A stretch of 26,591 nt of DNA, from IMG/VR virus record IMGVR_UViG_3300043416_000156, positions 1 to 26,591 of that record; one strand, written 5' to 3'. This DNA comes from a virus (Duplodnaviria > Caudoviricetes). Both the position numbers and the translations under genes were made by a program. The notes under the pieces are model-generated. The model saw only the letters and a list, made by a program, of their open reading frames with translations, ran no database searches and had not been told where the DNA came from. Positions 15,006 to 21,788 of this stretch are shown piece after piece. The first letter of the stretch is position 1. Every line of letters starts with the position of its first letter.

Positions 15006-15681
15006 TGAAGTTCCTTTCGTCACCAAAGATGGCCCTGGCTGCGCCCATGTTCTTGTCTTGCTGTGATGGCTGAGACTGCATCCATTCGGCTTTAAAGCCC
15101 GTCCAGCCCCGTTCACAGCACGTTTCAAGGGCGGTCTGTAGGCTAACCCTTGCTTTGTCAGCTTCGCGCTGTATGCCGTCAAGGGCTGTTTGGGTGACCG
15201 CCGCCTTTTTTGCTTTTCTCAATTTCAACCAATCCTGCCAAACCATAACCGTCACGCCCTCGGGCGGGGCGACTGTATTCTTCTTGGGTAATGTGTCTTG
15301 TGTCTTGTGTAATGTGTCTTGTGTAGCATTGCTTTCGGATTGCGATTGCAATGCGTTCGCATATTTTACCTTTGACCATCGCGCCTTGGCGCTCTCTGCG
15401 GCCTTATCAGACTTTACGCCGACCCTTGCAATTTCTTCCAATACCCGTAGCGAAATCCATCCATTTTCGGCCTTCTTAAAATACTCTCGCAATACAACCG
15501 CAATGCAATCGCTATGCGTTCGCATCCTGACCAACCGCGCAATTTCTTCGGGGTCTATAGGCAACGGTTTTTCGTGGAGATAGCACCAATCAAGCATTCG
15601 GCGGTAAGCCAAATCTTCAAGGTCTGTGAGGTGAGCCGTATGGCTCTGATAGTCACCAATGTTGAATTGGTAGTAGTGCAT
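14986..15681 (-). CDS. YdaU/DUF1376 family replication initiator (O-like)
   Basis: MHYYQFNIGDY..HT.HL..LEDLAYRRMLD..YL.E.PLP N-domain; internal repeats; C-terminal W.DW..LRKAKKA...GW.GF domain. Confidence 0.85.
   Translation of the reverse strand: MHYYQFNIGDYQSHTAHLTDLEDLAYRRMLDWCYLHEKPLPIDPEEIARLVRMRTHSDCIAVVLREYFKKAENGWISLRVLEEIARVGVKSDKAAESAKARWSKVKYANALQSQSESNATQDTLHKTQDTLPKKNTVAPPEGVTVMVWQDWLKLRKAKKAAVTQTALDGIQREADKARVSLQTALETCCERGWTGFKAEWMQSQPSQQDKNMGAARAIFGDERNFNVLKIT
15288..15525. repeat. Iteron-like repeats inside the initiator gene (putative replication origin)
   Basis: GTAATGTGTCTTGTGT at 15288-15303 and 15309-15324 (21-bp period); palindrome ATGCG-TT-CGCAT at 15351-15362 and 15514-15525. 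Confidence 0.6.
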
Positions 15682-15775
15682 TTTGCAACCTTACGTCATC
15701 GGTTTGCGTTACTCAAAAGAACATCGGCAGGGCGGTAACGAATCGCCTTTTCCCCCGCTAAAGGTAGCCGTGCCC
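15682..15775 (-). ncRNA. Structured leader RNA (three-way junction, reminiscent of c4/c4-2) upstream of the initiator
   Basis: Minus strand CGGC-TA-[CCTTT AGC GGGGG]-AAAA-[GGCG ATTCGTTAC CGCC]-CT-GCCG; loop CGTTAC is complementary to downstream GTAACG. Confidence 0.55.
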
Positions 15776-15785
15776 AAATCCTAAA

Positions 15786-15935
15786 TCAAAACCAGTGCGG
15801 ACGCAAGTCTTTAGCCTGCCACAGCCGCGCTTTGGGCACAACCGTCCATTGACTGATGGCTGCCAGGCTGATGCCCAGCAACTCAGCCAGCGCTTTGCGT
15901 GAGCCTGCTTTGTCGATAAGTTCCTGTTTGGTCAT
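15786..15935 (-). CDS. Cro-like HTH repressor (49 aa; below the ORF-track cutoff)
   Basis: Hand translation MTKQELIDKAGSRKALAELLGISLAAISQWTVVPKARLWQAKDLRPHWF; HTH LA..LGIS..AISQW...P; first gene of the leftward arm. Confidence 0.85.
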   Translation of the reverse strand: MTKQELIDKAGSRKALAELLGISLAAISQWTVVPKARLWQAKDLRPHWF

Positions 15936-15941
15936 CTTGCG

Positions 15942-16034
15942 ATTGTAAGCTGTCTTATGGGTCTAAAAATTAGGGTTATCCCCTAGAAAATATTTCTATT
16001 TAGCTTGTTTTCCGTGGTTAAGCTGGCTTACAAT
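15942..16034. promoter_or_regulatory. Divergent promoters with two palindromic operators
   Basis: Leftward -10 TACAAT (15947-15942); rightward TTGTTT-18-TACAAT (16005-16034); TAAG-N4-CTTA boxes at 15946-15957 and 16019-16030 overlap each -10; central TAGGG-N5-CCCTA and TAGAAA-N3-TTTCTA. Confidence 0.7.
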
Positions 16035-16079
16035 ACACCTAACCCGCAACAATCCGTAGCGGTCTTTTTAGGAAATCAA

Positions 16080-16247
16080 ATGAAAGCATACGAAATTCAC
16101 AACCCTGATTTCAACGACATGAATCTTGAGCAGCAAATTGAGGCTGGTTGCTGCGATTGGTGCGTTGAGGGCTACAGCGGTCACAAATATTACGGACACA
16201 CCGCAAGGGCGGCAATGCAAAACGCAGCATTGTATTTTTATCGTTAA
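16080..16247 (+). CDS. Hypothetical early protein (55 aa)
   Basis: ATG 16080 preceded by AGGA; first gene of the rightward arm. Confidence 0.65.
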   Translation: MKAYEIHNPDFNDMNLEQQIEAGCCDWCVEGYSGHKYYGHTARAAMQNAALYFYR

Positions 16248-16278
16248 TTTAATTACGGGTCTTTTTAAGAAAGTCAAC

Positions 16279-16371
16279 ATGACACACGAAACCTGGGACA
16301 GCATCATTACAGCGGCAGCCATTGCAATCATCAGCTACACCATCGGCTACTTTGTCGGAGGTGGTCTGTGA
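16279..16371 (+). CDS. Small membrane peptide (30 aa)
   Basis: MTHETWDSIITAAAIAIISYTIGYFVGGGL, single TM; GTGA overlap with the next gene. Confidence 0.55.
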   Translation: MTHETWDSIITAAAIAIISYTIGYFVGGGL

Positions 16372-16562
16372 ACACAACTAAATACACATATGAGGGCGCG
16401 GTTTTTGAAATCGCCTATGACGTTATCAAGTGTGATGACCCTAGAAAAAAATGGGTCAGCATTTGGTCAATCACGCATAACGGTGTTGAGTTCTTTGACA
16501 TTTTGAGCAAAGACTTGATCAGGCATTTAGAAGAGCAATTAGAAAAAACACTGGAGAACTAA
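16368..16562 (+). CDS. Hypothetical protein
   Basis: GTG start with GGAGG SD; resembles the next ORF. Confidence 0.7.
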   Translation: MNTTKYTYEGAVFEIAYDVIKCDDPRKKWVSIWSITHNGVEFFDILSKDLIRHLEEQLEKTLEN

Positions 16563-16775
16563 ATGGCAATTGTTAACAATACACATGAAGTTGAATGGGA
16601 CAGGATGGGCAACGGCGAATTTGCCACGTTGCTTGTGGAATACGAATGGAACACCGACACCGATTCCATTTTGATTTGCTCTGTGATCTATGAGGGCTTG
16701 GAATGGATTGATTACCTTAACCCAGCAACACGCAATTACTTACGCCAATACATCAACGAAAGGCTTGAAAAATGA
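16563..16775 (+). CDS. Hypothetical protein, probable paralog of 16368..16562
   Basis: GGAG SD; shares the I.S....G.E..D.L + helix pattern. Confidence 0.7.
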   Translation: MAIVNNTHEVEWDRMGNGEFATLLVEYEWNTDTDSILICSVIYEGLEWIDYLNPATRNYLRQYINERLEK

Positions 16776-16960
16776 ATTCCGCAGAAATTATCAAAGATTG
16801 TGAAGACCGCGCCAATGCTTACAGCACCAACACCGCTGACCGGCTGGCTTACGAAGTTGGATGCTTGCGGGCGCAAGTGCGGCATCTCTGCCAAGAAATG
16901 GAATTTGCTGTGGAAGAAATCAGCAACATTGAAAAGATGCTGATGGGAGAACGCGCATGA
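16772..16960 (+). CDS. Hypothetical helical protein
   Basis: ATGA-coupled on both sides; DRLAYEVGCL. Confidence 0.7.
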   Translation: MNSAEIIKDCEDRANAYSTNTADRLAYEVGCLRAQVRHLCQEMEFAVEEISNIEKMLMGERA

Positions 16961-17193
16961 AATATCTACTATGCCTTGCGCTGGTAGGTTGCGCCAGCGA
17001 ACCAGCCATGACCGAACAGCAATTGGTGATGGACAAGAAAATCCAATCAATGGGCCGGTCTGAGGTCATTGATGCTGTCAAACAATGTGAGACATCCGGC
17101 TTGCGGGCAATCACCGTGTTTGGCAAACGCAAGATCAATGGCTACACCGCTGAAACCATTGTTGATGTAACTTGCGGCCCGAGGTACTACTAA
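16957..17193 (+). CDS. Predicted lipoprotein
   Basis: MKYLLCLALVGC: short signal peptide with LVG-C lipobox; GGAG SD. Confidence 0.7.
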   Translation: MKYLLCLALVGCASEPAMTEQQLVMDKKIQSMGRSEVIDAVKQCETSGLRAITVFGKRKINGYTAETIVDVTCGPRYY

Positions 17194-17354
17194 TGCAAAC
17201 AGATGCTACTTTTGACAGACCCCGTGAAGATCACGAATGCCCAATCTGTGGCAATGACTGCGGTGAATTAACGCGACACGCCTTTGACGATGTAACCGTC
17301 ATTTGGTATTTTACTTGTGAAAAATGTGGTGAAGATTTTGGAGGTGATTTATGA
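17193..17354 (+). CDS. Small CPxCG zinc-finger protein (53 aa)
   Basis: CPICG...CEKCG; TAATG coupling at 17191-17195 and GAGG SD. Confidence 0.7.
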   Translation: MQTDATFDRPREDHECPICGNDCGELTRHAFDDVTVIWYFTCEKCGEDFGGDL

Positions 17355-18010
17355 AAGTTTACAAAGCAATCAACAATGTCCAGGCTGACTTGTCTGTGCT
17401 TGGCATTACAAAAGACCGCCGCAATATGCAAGGCAGCGGCTACAACTTTCGGGGCATTGATGATGTCTACAACACCATTGCGCCGTTGTTAGCCAAACAC
17501 GGGTTGTGCATTCTTCCGCGAGTTTTGTCTCGGGAATGCGTGGAGCGCGTGTCGCAAAAAGGCGGGGCATTGTTTTATGTCACCGTGGACGCTGAATTTG
17601 ATTTTGTCTCTGCTGAAGACGGCTCAAAACACACCGTCAAAACTTTTGGCGAAGCAATGGATAGTGGCGACAAGGCCACTAACAAAGCCATGTCTGCTGC
17701 TTACAAATACGCTTGTTTTCAAGCATTTAGCATTCCAACCGAATCGGACAATGATGCGGATGCACACACGCACACGCCAGCGCCAAAGGTTTCAGCGACC
17801 AAGACTGACCTTGTGCCGCCTCACCGCATGAATGTAATTGCTGATGTAGCAGCAGCAATCAATGAGCGCATAAGTGCTGATGACGTAATAGGTGCGGTGG
17901 CTGAATATTCGGGCATCACCGATGTGGAAGAAAAAATGACGTTGTGGGGAATGCTTGACAGTAAAACTCGCAGCACAATTAAGAAACAAGCTGAATTAAC
18001 TAAAGGGTAA
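17351..18010 (+). CDS. erf: ERF-family single-strand annealing recombinase
   Basis: YNFRGIDDVYN...P.LAKHGL, GEAMDSGDKATNKAMSAAYKY....F.IPTE..DAD. Confidence 0.9.
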   Translation: MKVYKAINNVQADLSVLGITKDRRNMQGSGYNFRGIDDVYNTIAPLLAKHGLCILPRVLSRECVERVSQKGGALFYVTVDAEFDFVSAEDGSKHTVKTFGEAMDSGDKATNKAMSAAYKYACFQAFSIPTESDNDADAHTHTPAPKVSATKTDLVPPHRMNVIADVAAAINERISADDVIGAVAEYSGITDVEEKMTLWGMLDSKTRSTIKKQAELTKG

Positions 18011-18012
18011 TC

Positions 18013-18261
18013 ATGTCAAAAACCAAAATGGAAGTTACTTGTATTGTTGGCACTTACACCAATGCCGATGGTCAACAAAAAAACCGTTACCAGCGCATTG
18101 GGTCAATCATCCAAACGCATAAAGGCGAAATGCTTAAGCTGGATGTGATCCCGTTGAAAGATGGCGGTTGGGACGGTTGGGCATTTTTGAATGAGCCACG
18201 CCCACGCGAGGACAAGTACCAAGGTTTGCCAAAGGAAAATGATGATGACATTCCGTTCTAG
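18013..18261 (+). CDS. Small SSB-like protein with a DDDIPF tail
   Basis: Follows ERF; GTYT..DGQQKNRYQRIG, LKLD.IP, C-terminal NDDDIPF. Confidence 0.7.
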   Translation: MSKTKMEVTCIVGTYTNADGQQKNRYQRIGSIIQTHKGEMLKLDVIPLKDGGWDGWAFLNEPRPREDKYQGLPKENDDDIPF

Positions 18262-18541
18262 AAACACCGATCCGATAACAAGTCACATGGCGGCGGCGCA
18301 GGCCGATGACCTTGCCAAAGATCACGCCATCATCATTGTTGATTGCTTGCAAAAGTACGGGGCACTTGGCAAGGACGGCATCATGCTGCTGTCTAAGCTA
18401 GACAAGAATCAAATCAGCCGCCGGTTGCCCGAACTGGAGCGCCAGGGGCTGATCAAGCAAACGGGTCAATTGGTCAAATCACTGTCAAACCGTTTGGAAC
18501 GTGAATGGGCTTTTCAACCACAACAGAGGTCATTGATATGA
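18242..18541 (+). CDS. Winged-helix DNA-binding protein
   Basis: RNTDP.TSH.AA N-motif; ISRRLPELERQGLI recognition helix and wing; AAGGA SD (start could be 18239, 18242 or 18245). Confidence 0.7.
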   Translation: MMTFRSRNTDPITSHMAAAQADDLAKDHAIIIVDCLQKYGALGKDGIMLLSKLDKNQISRRLPELERQGLIKQTGQLVKSLSNRLEREWAFQPQQRSLI

Positions 18542-18675
18542 GATTGATCGAAACCATTTTTGCTTTGATTGGCGTTTGGTCTGTAATGATGGCGGGATTT
18601 TTTTGGGTTGGTTACGCAACCTATTGCCCACCATGTGGCAGTGTGCTGGCAATCTTTACGAAGCAATGCAAATGA
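18538..18675 (+). CDS. Small membrane protein (45 aa; not in the ORF track)
   Basis: MRLIETIFALIGVWSVMMAGFFWVGYATYCPPCGSVLAIFTKQCK; ATGA overlaps at both ends and GAGG SD. Confidence 0.65.
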   Translation: MRLIETIFALIGVWSVMMAGFFWVGYATYCPPCGSVLAIFTKQCK

Positions 18676-18797
18676 ACGATGAAGACGATTCCGGTGGCGG
18701 CTTTTTTGTTGACATGATCAAAGCCATCATTGCCATATTTTTCTTTGTGCTGTTTATGTCTGTGGTTGCAAGCATTGTGTGGGGATTTATAGCATGA
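18672..18797 (+). CDS. Small membrane protein (41 aa)
   Basis: MNDEDDSGGG followed by one hydrophobic helix; ATGA coupling. Confidence 0.6.
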   Translation: MNDEDDSGGGFFVDMIKAIIAIFFFVLFMSVVASIVWGFIA

Positions 18798-19006
18798 TCC
18801 ATGTTCTCTACATCCCTGTTTTGTTTGTCTGCATGAATAACAATTGCGAATTTATGCAAGCGCAAACTTGGTACAAGACTGAACAACAATGCCGCGCTGC
18901 GGTAGATGTGCAAAAAGAAAATTTGCAAAAAATGGCGCTCAAAGGTGGTCAGATGGTTACGCTGATCGAGGGCACTTGTATCACATTGAAAGGTGGGATG
19001 CTATGA
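18794..19006 (+). CDS. Small Cys-containing, possibly exported protein
   Basis: Hydrophobic N-terminus and 4 Cys (C.NNNC..C..C); ATGA coupling. Confidence 0.65.
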   Translation: MIHVLYIPVLFVCMNNNCEFMQAQTWYKTEQQCRAAVDVQKENLQKMALKGGQMVTLIEGTCITLKGGML

Positions 19007-19443
19007 CTGGATTTAATTCAAAACGTGAGGCGGCTGCGGACAAGTTTATTGCCGCAGAAGAACGCAAGATAGGTGAACGTTATGGCTATGTACCAAAGCT
19101 GCATCCTAGTGAGTGGATGAATGACCATAACGAGGACAACCTCGATATGGTGGCACAGCCAGTGCAAAAAGTCGCTTCAATTATTCAAGCGATAACTGAC
19201 CCTGAAAACCAGCCAAGTCAATATGGCACAGTGACACTAGATTACCACTTGGCAAAGTTAAAAAAGTGGGAAGACCGTTTTGAGAAGTTGAGCGATAGAG
19301 CCTTGGCACAGCCACCCCTGCCAGCGCAGCGCCCGTGGATAGGGTTGACGGAAAAAGAAGCAAAAAGTTTTATAAGTTTTTACAAAATGGATATTGCCCG
19401 ACTTGTTGAAGCCAAACTCAAGGAGAAGAACAATGGAACGTGA
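19003..19443 (+). CDS. Modular hypothetical protein (AQP...QRPWxGLT...KEKN type)
   Basis: Start MTGFNSKR at ATG 19003; ends QRPWIGLT..EAKLKEKN. Confidence 0.7.
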   Translation: MTGFNSKREAAADKFIAAEERKIGERYGYVPKLHPSEWMNDHNEDNLDMVAQPVQKVASIIQAITDPENQPSQYGTVTLDYHLAKLKKWEDRFEKLSDRALAQPPLPAQRPWIGLTEKEAKSFISFYKMDIARLVEAKLKEKNNGT

Positions 19444-19822
19444 AGCATTGAAGCTGGCGCTTGAGGCGTTGGAAAATGTAAAAAACTCCATTTATATAAC
19501 AAGCGAACAAGAAGCTGTGGCGCTTGAAAAAGTCAATCAAACTATCCCCGCTATCAAATCTGCCTTGGCACAGCCAGCGCAGGAGCCTGTGGCGTGGGCA
19601 GTACAAGGTTGCTCAAAGATGTGGCGCGAAGAGTTTGCTGAGATTGACGCAAAAGCAGAAGCAAAACGCATTGGCGGGACTTGCGTTGCTTACGCCCTCT
19701 ACATTTCACCACCACAGCGCCCGTGGGTAGGGCTGACACCGGAAGAAACATCAGGCTTCACTCAGCACGAAATGACTGTTGTGAAGTATGTGAGCAAGGT
19801 ATTGCAGGAGAAAAACATATGA
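19433..19822 (+). CDS. Modular hypothetical protein (REALKLALEAL...AQPAQEPVAW...QRPWVGLT)
   Basis: AGGAG SD, ATG 19433; shares modules with the previous ORF. Confidence 0.75.
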   Translation: MEREALKLALEALENVKNSIYITSEQEAVALEKVNQTIPAIKSALAQPAQEPVAWAVQGCSKMWREEFAEIDAKAEAKRIGGTCVAYALYISPPQRPWVGLTPEETSGFTQHEMTVVKYVSKVLQEKNI

Positions 19823-20451
19823 GTTACATCGTTGCGGCGCTGCCGCCATTGAAATGCTTTGTGCGGCGCGAATTTTTGCACAACTTCACCAAAGGCCACG
19901 GCGAACTGGAGCCAGCGATTTGGGTCAGCATCAAAGCCTTGCGCGGGCAAGTGTTTCGCATTGAATCTTTGTTGCCAGCTTACGGCGCGTTGTACGACAA
20001 GCTACCCATTCACGCCTATGTTTGGCGAACAGACCACGGTGATTTACCCATTGATTTCTTGCAGCTATGGGATTGCATGGGCTACCGGTTTACGGTTGTG
20101 GAAAAGATTGCTTTGCGTAATTTGGGCGTAAAGTTTCTTGGCAAAGACAAGCAATGGCATCACGGCAACTACTTGTTCACCGTGGATTTTTGCGCCGATG
20201 GGCAAGATTTAGACACCGGCTTTACTGAACAGGCCGAAGAACACAAATCGTTTAATTTCATGCGCCTTGAAAACGGGCAATTTGCTTGCCAGCCAAACAA
20301 CCGCTGTCTTTGGTATGACCAAAGCCTTGTGCCCGCTGAGACAAAGTTTCCTGATTTCCAAGCCGCGCAGACTTTTTGGACGGTGGACGGCACACGCAAA
20401 TGGAGTGCTGGCGACGATTGGTTTTACGACATCAAAAAAAAAAATAATTGA
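19819..20451 (+). CDS. Phage hypothetical protein (210 aa)
   Basis: AGGAG SD, ATGA coupling; conserved-looking GA.Y.KLPI.A, LQLWDC, YLFTVD, EHKS, NGQFA.QPNNR. Confidence 0.75.
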   Translation: MSYIVAALPPLKCFVRREFLHNFTKGHGELEPAIWVSIKALRGQVFRIESLLPAYGALYDKLPIHAYVWRTDHGDLPIDFLQLWDCMGYRFTVVEKIALRNLGVKFLGKDKQWHHGNYLFTVDFCADGQDLDTGFTEQAEEHKSFNFMRLENGQFACQPNNRCLWYDQSLVPAETKFPDFQAAQTFWTVDGTRKWSAGDDWFYDIKKKNN

Positions 20452-20868
20452 CTAAGCTATTTTTGCGCCTTGCTGAAGTTGGGCAAGAGTCATTCCACCC
20501 GTATATTGGAAGTGCGGGTATTCTTTAAACGTTTTCCAATCACCAGCCCATTCTAAGCCGCAGGATTTGCCAATCTCGCCCACTTGTTTCCACATGGCCT
20601 GATCGTCCCATATAGCTTTTCCATTGACCAGCGGCACAACATCTAGGGCGCAGCGATGGTTGTGCCAAGATTGCCCTGCTTTGGCCCTTGTCACTATGTT
20701 GCCAGGCGTTGTGCGGCCTTGGGCGTAAAGCGCGTTTTGGCTCTCGCTGTCGCGGTAAGTGGAGGTCACAAGCAAGTCAATGCCCTTGGCTTTGGCAGCG
20801 TCTATAAACGCTTGTGCCCGATGTTTAACGGGCGGTGCTAGGTCATCCAAGCTGCGGGAATTGATCAT
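20452..20868 (-). CDS. Endolysin, M15 family peptidase (L-Ala-D-Glu type)
   Basis: YRD..Q..LYAQGRT, Zn motif S.H..RCALD, EYPHFQ. Confidence 0.9.
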   Translation of the reverse strand: MINSRSLDDLAPPVKHRAQAFIDAAKAKGIDLLVTSTYRDSESQNALYAQGRTTPGNIVTRAKAGQSWHNHRCALDVVPLVNGKAIWDDQAMWKQVGEIGKSCGLEWAGDWKTFKEYPHFQYTGGMTLAQLQQGAKIA

Positions 20869-21272
20869 TTTGCAGCAACCCCATTGATTTTTTCAGCAGT
20901 ACGCATACCGGACAGACCAAGCATCCCCAGCATGAGCGGCATCATGGTTCCCATATCCATTTGGGGGAACTTCACCGGATGACCGTAGAGCGCACTGCCC
21001 CACTCAGCCAGCGGGCCTACAACGAATTGAACAGCAAAGCCTGCACCGCAGACCCATCCGATACCGGGTCGCCAACCGCTGACAAAAATGCTGGGGTTGG
21101 CAGCTTCCGCCTTGTTGATGTCTAGTTGTCCTGCAATGATAGATAGCTCACCAGATTGCTGGAGCTTGAACAATTCCATCTTGGCAGCAGCAGCTTGCAC
21201 GGGGTCAGGCCACAGCCTATCCATGACTTTGCCACCAATGTCAAGAAGTGCGGATACGGGATCAAGTGCCAT
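20865..21272 (-). CDS. Holin (GTA 3TM holin family)
   Basis: Q..INKAEA....FVSGWRPGIGWVCG, MLGLSGMRT.EK; adjacent to the endolysin. Confidence 0.85.
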   Translation of the reverse strand: MALDPVSALLDIGGKVMDRLWPDPVQAAAAKMELFKLQQSGELSIIAGQLDINKAEAANPSIFVSGWRPGIGWVCGAGFAVQFVVGPLAEWGSALYGHPVKFPQMDMGTMMPLMLGMLGLSGMRTAEKINGVAAK

Positions 21273-21516
21273 TTGTTTCTCCTACTTTGATTTCGTCCAT
21301 GTGGCTACCGACCTTTAGGCCAGACAACCAGCCAATAAGTCCACCGACAATGGTTTGAAAAGCAGGGCCAATGATTTCAAAAATCTTGGTGTTGTCCACT
21401 TCCTTGACAAACAGCCCGTGGACTAGCGCACCAATAAGAACAACAACCACAGAGCAAAGGGTTGCGGTCACCATCATGGTCACCCAATAAATCAAGCGAT
21501 CTTTAGCGTCCATCAT
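21262..21516 (-). CDS. Two-TM membrane protein in the lysis cassette
   Basis: Two hydrophobic helices; PAFQTIVGGLIG. Confidence 0.7.
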   Translation of the reverse strand: MMDAKDRLIYWVTMMVTATLCSVVVVLIGALVHGLFVKEVDNTKIFEIIGPAFQTIVGGLIGWLSGLKVGSHMDEIKVGETNGT

Positions 21517-21788
21517 TTTGCCCTTTCATGCAATTGTTCAATCTTTGCTCGTATTTTCATGCTGTCAGATGACCCCATAAGAGTCGGCAAATTTGCGTAA
21601 ATCAAAGTCAGTTGCTGTTTGTTGCAAGCTGGCCCTGATGCATCCAACCAATCCCACGCCTTATCTGCGCGTTCTTTTGGGTTGTTGGTTAAGTACATAA
21701 GGTTTACAAACTCAGAAACGCTGCATTCGTGTTTGACCGTTGCGCCGTACACAAAAGCGGCAATCAAAAAAATGACAAAACCGCGCAT
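21513..21788 (-). CDS. Putative exported protein in the lysis cassette
   Basis: N-terminal signal/TM segment, two Cys. Confidence 0.65.
   Translation of the reverse strand: MRGFVIFLIAAFVYGATVKHECSVSEFVNLMYLTNNPKERADKAWDWLDASGPACNKQQLTLIYANLPTLMGSSDSMKIRAKIEQLHERAK

Noticed and set aside
15006-15182. N-terminal extension of ORF 14643..15182
   Set aside because: Inside the initiator C-domain; ATG 15005 has an SD and gives a typical short overlap
15288-15324. Tandem repeats considered as a CRISPR or mini-array
   Set aside because: Only two units, no unique spacers, inside a CDS; better explained as origin iterons
15682-15785. Intergenic structure considered as a tRNA or simple terminator
   Set aside because: No T-loop GTTC, anticodon arm or CCA pattern; a multi-stem junction with loop-target pairing fits better than one hairpin, although a TTCTTTT run follows it
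19681-19818. Upstream extension of ORF 19681..20451 (likewise the track starts at 18889, 19394, 18191 and 16005)
   Set aside because: Internal ATGs with an SD and/or stop-start coupling give better starts; the extensions overlap neighbouring genes or the promoter
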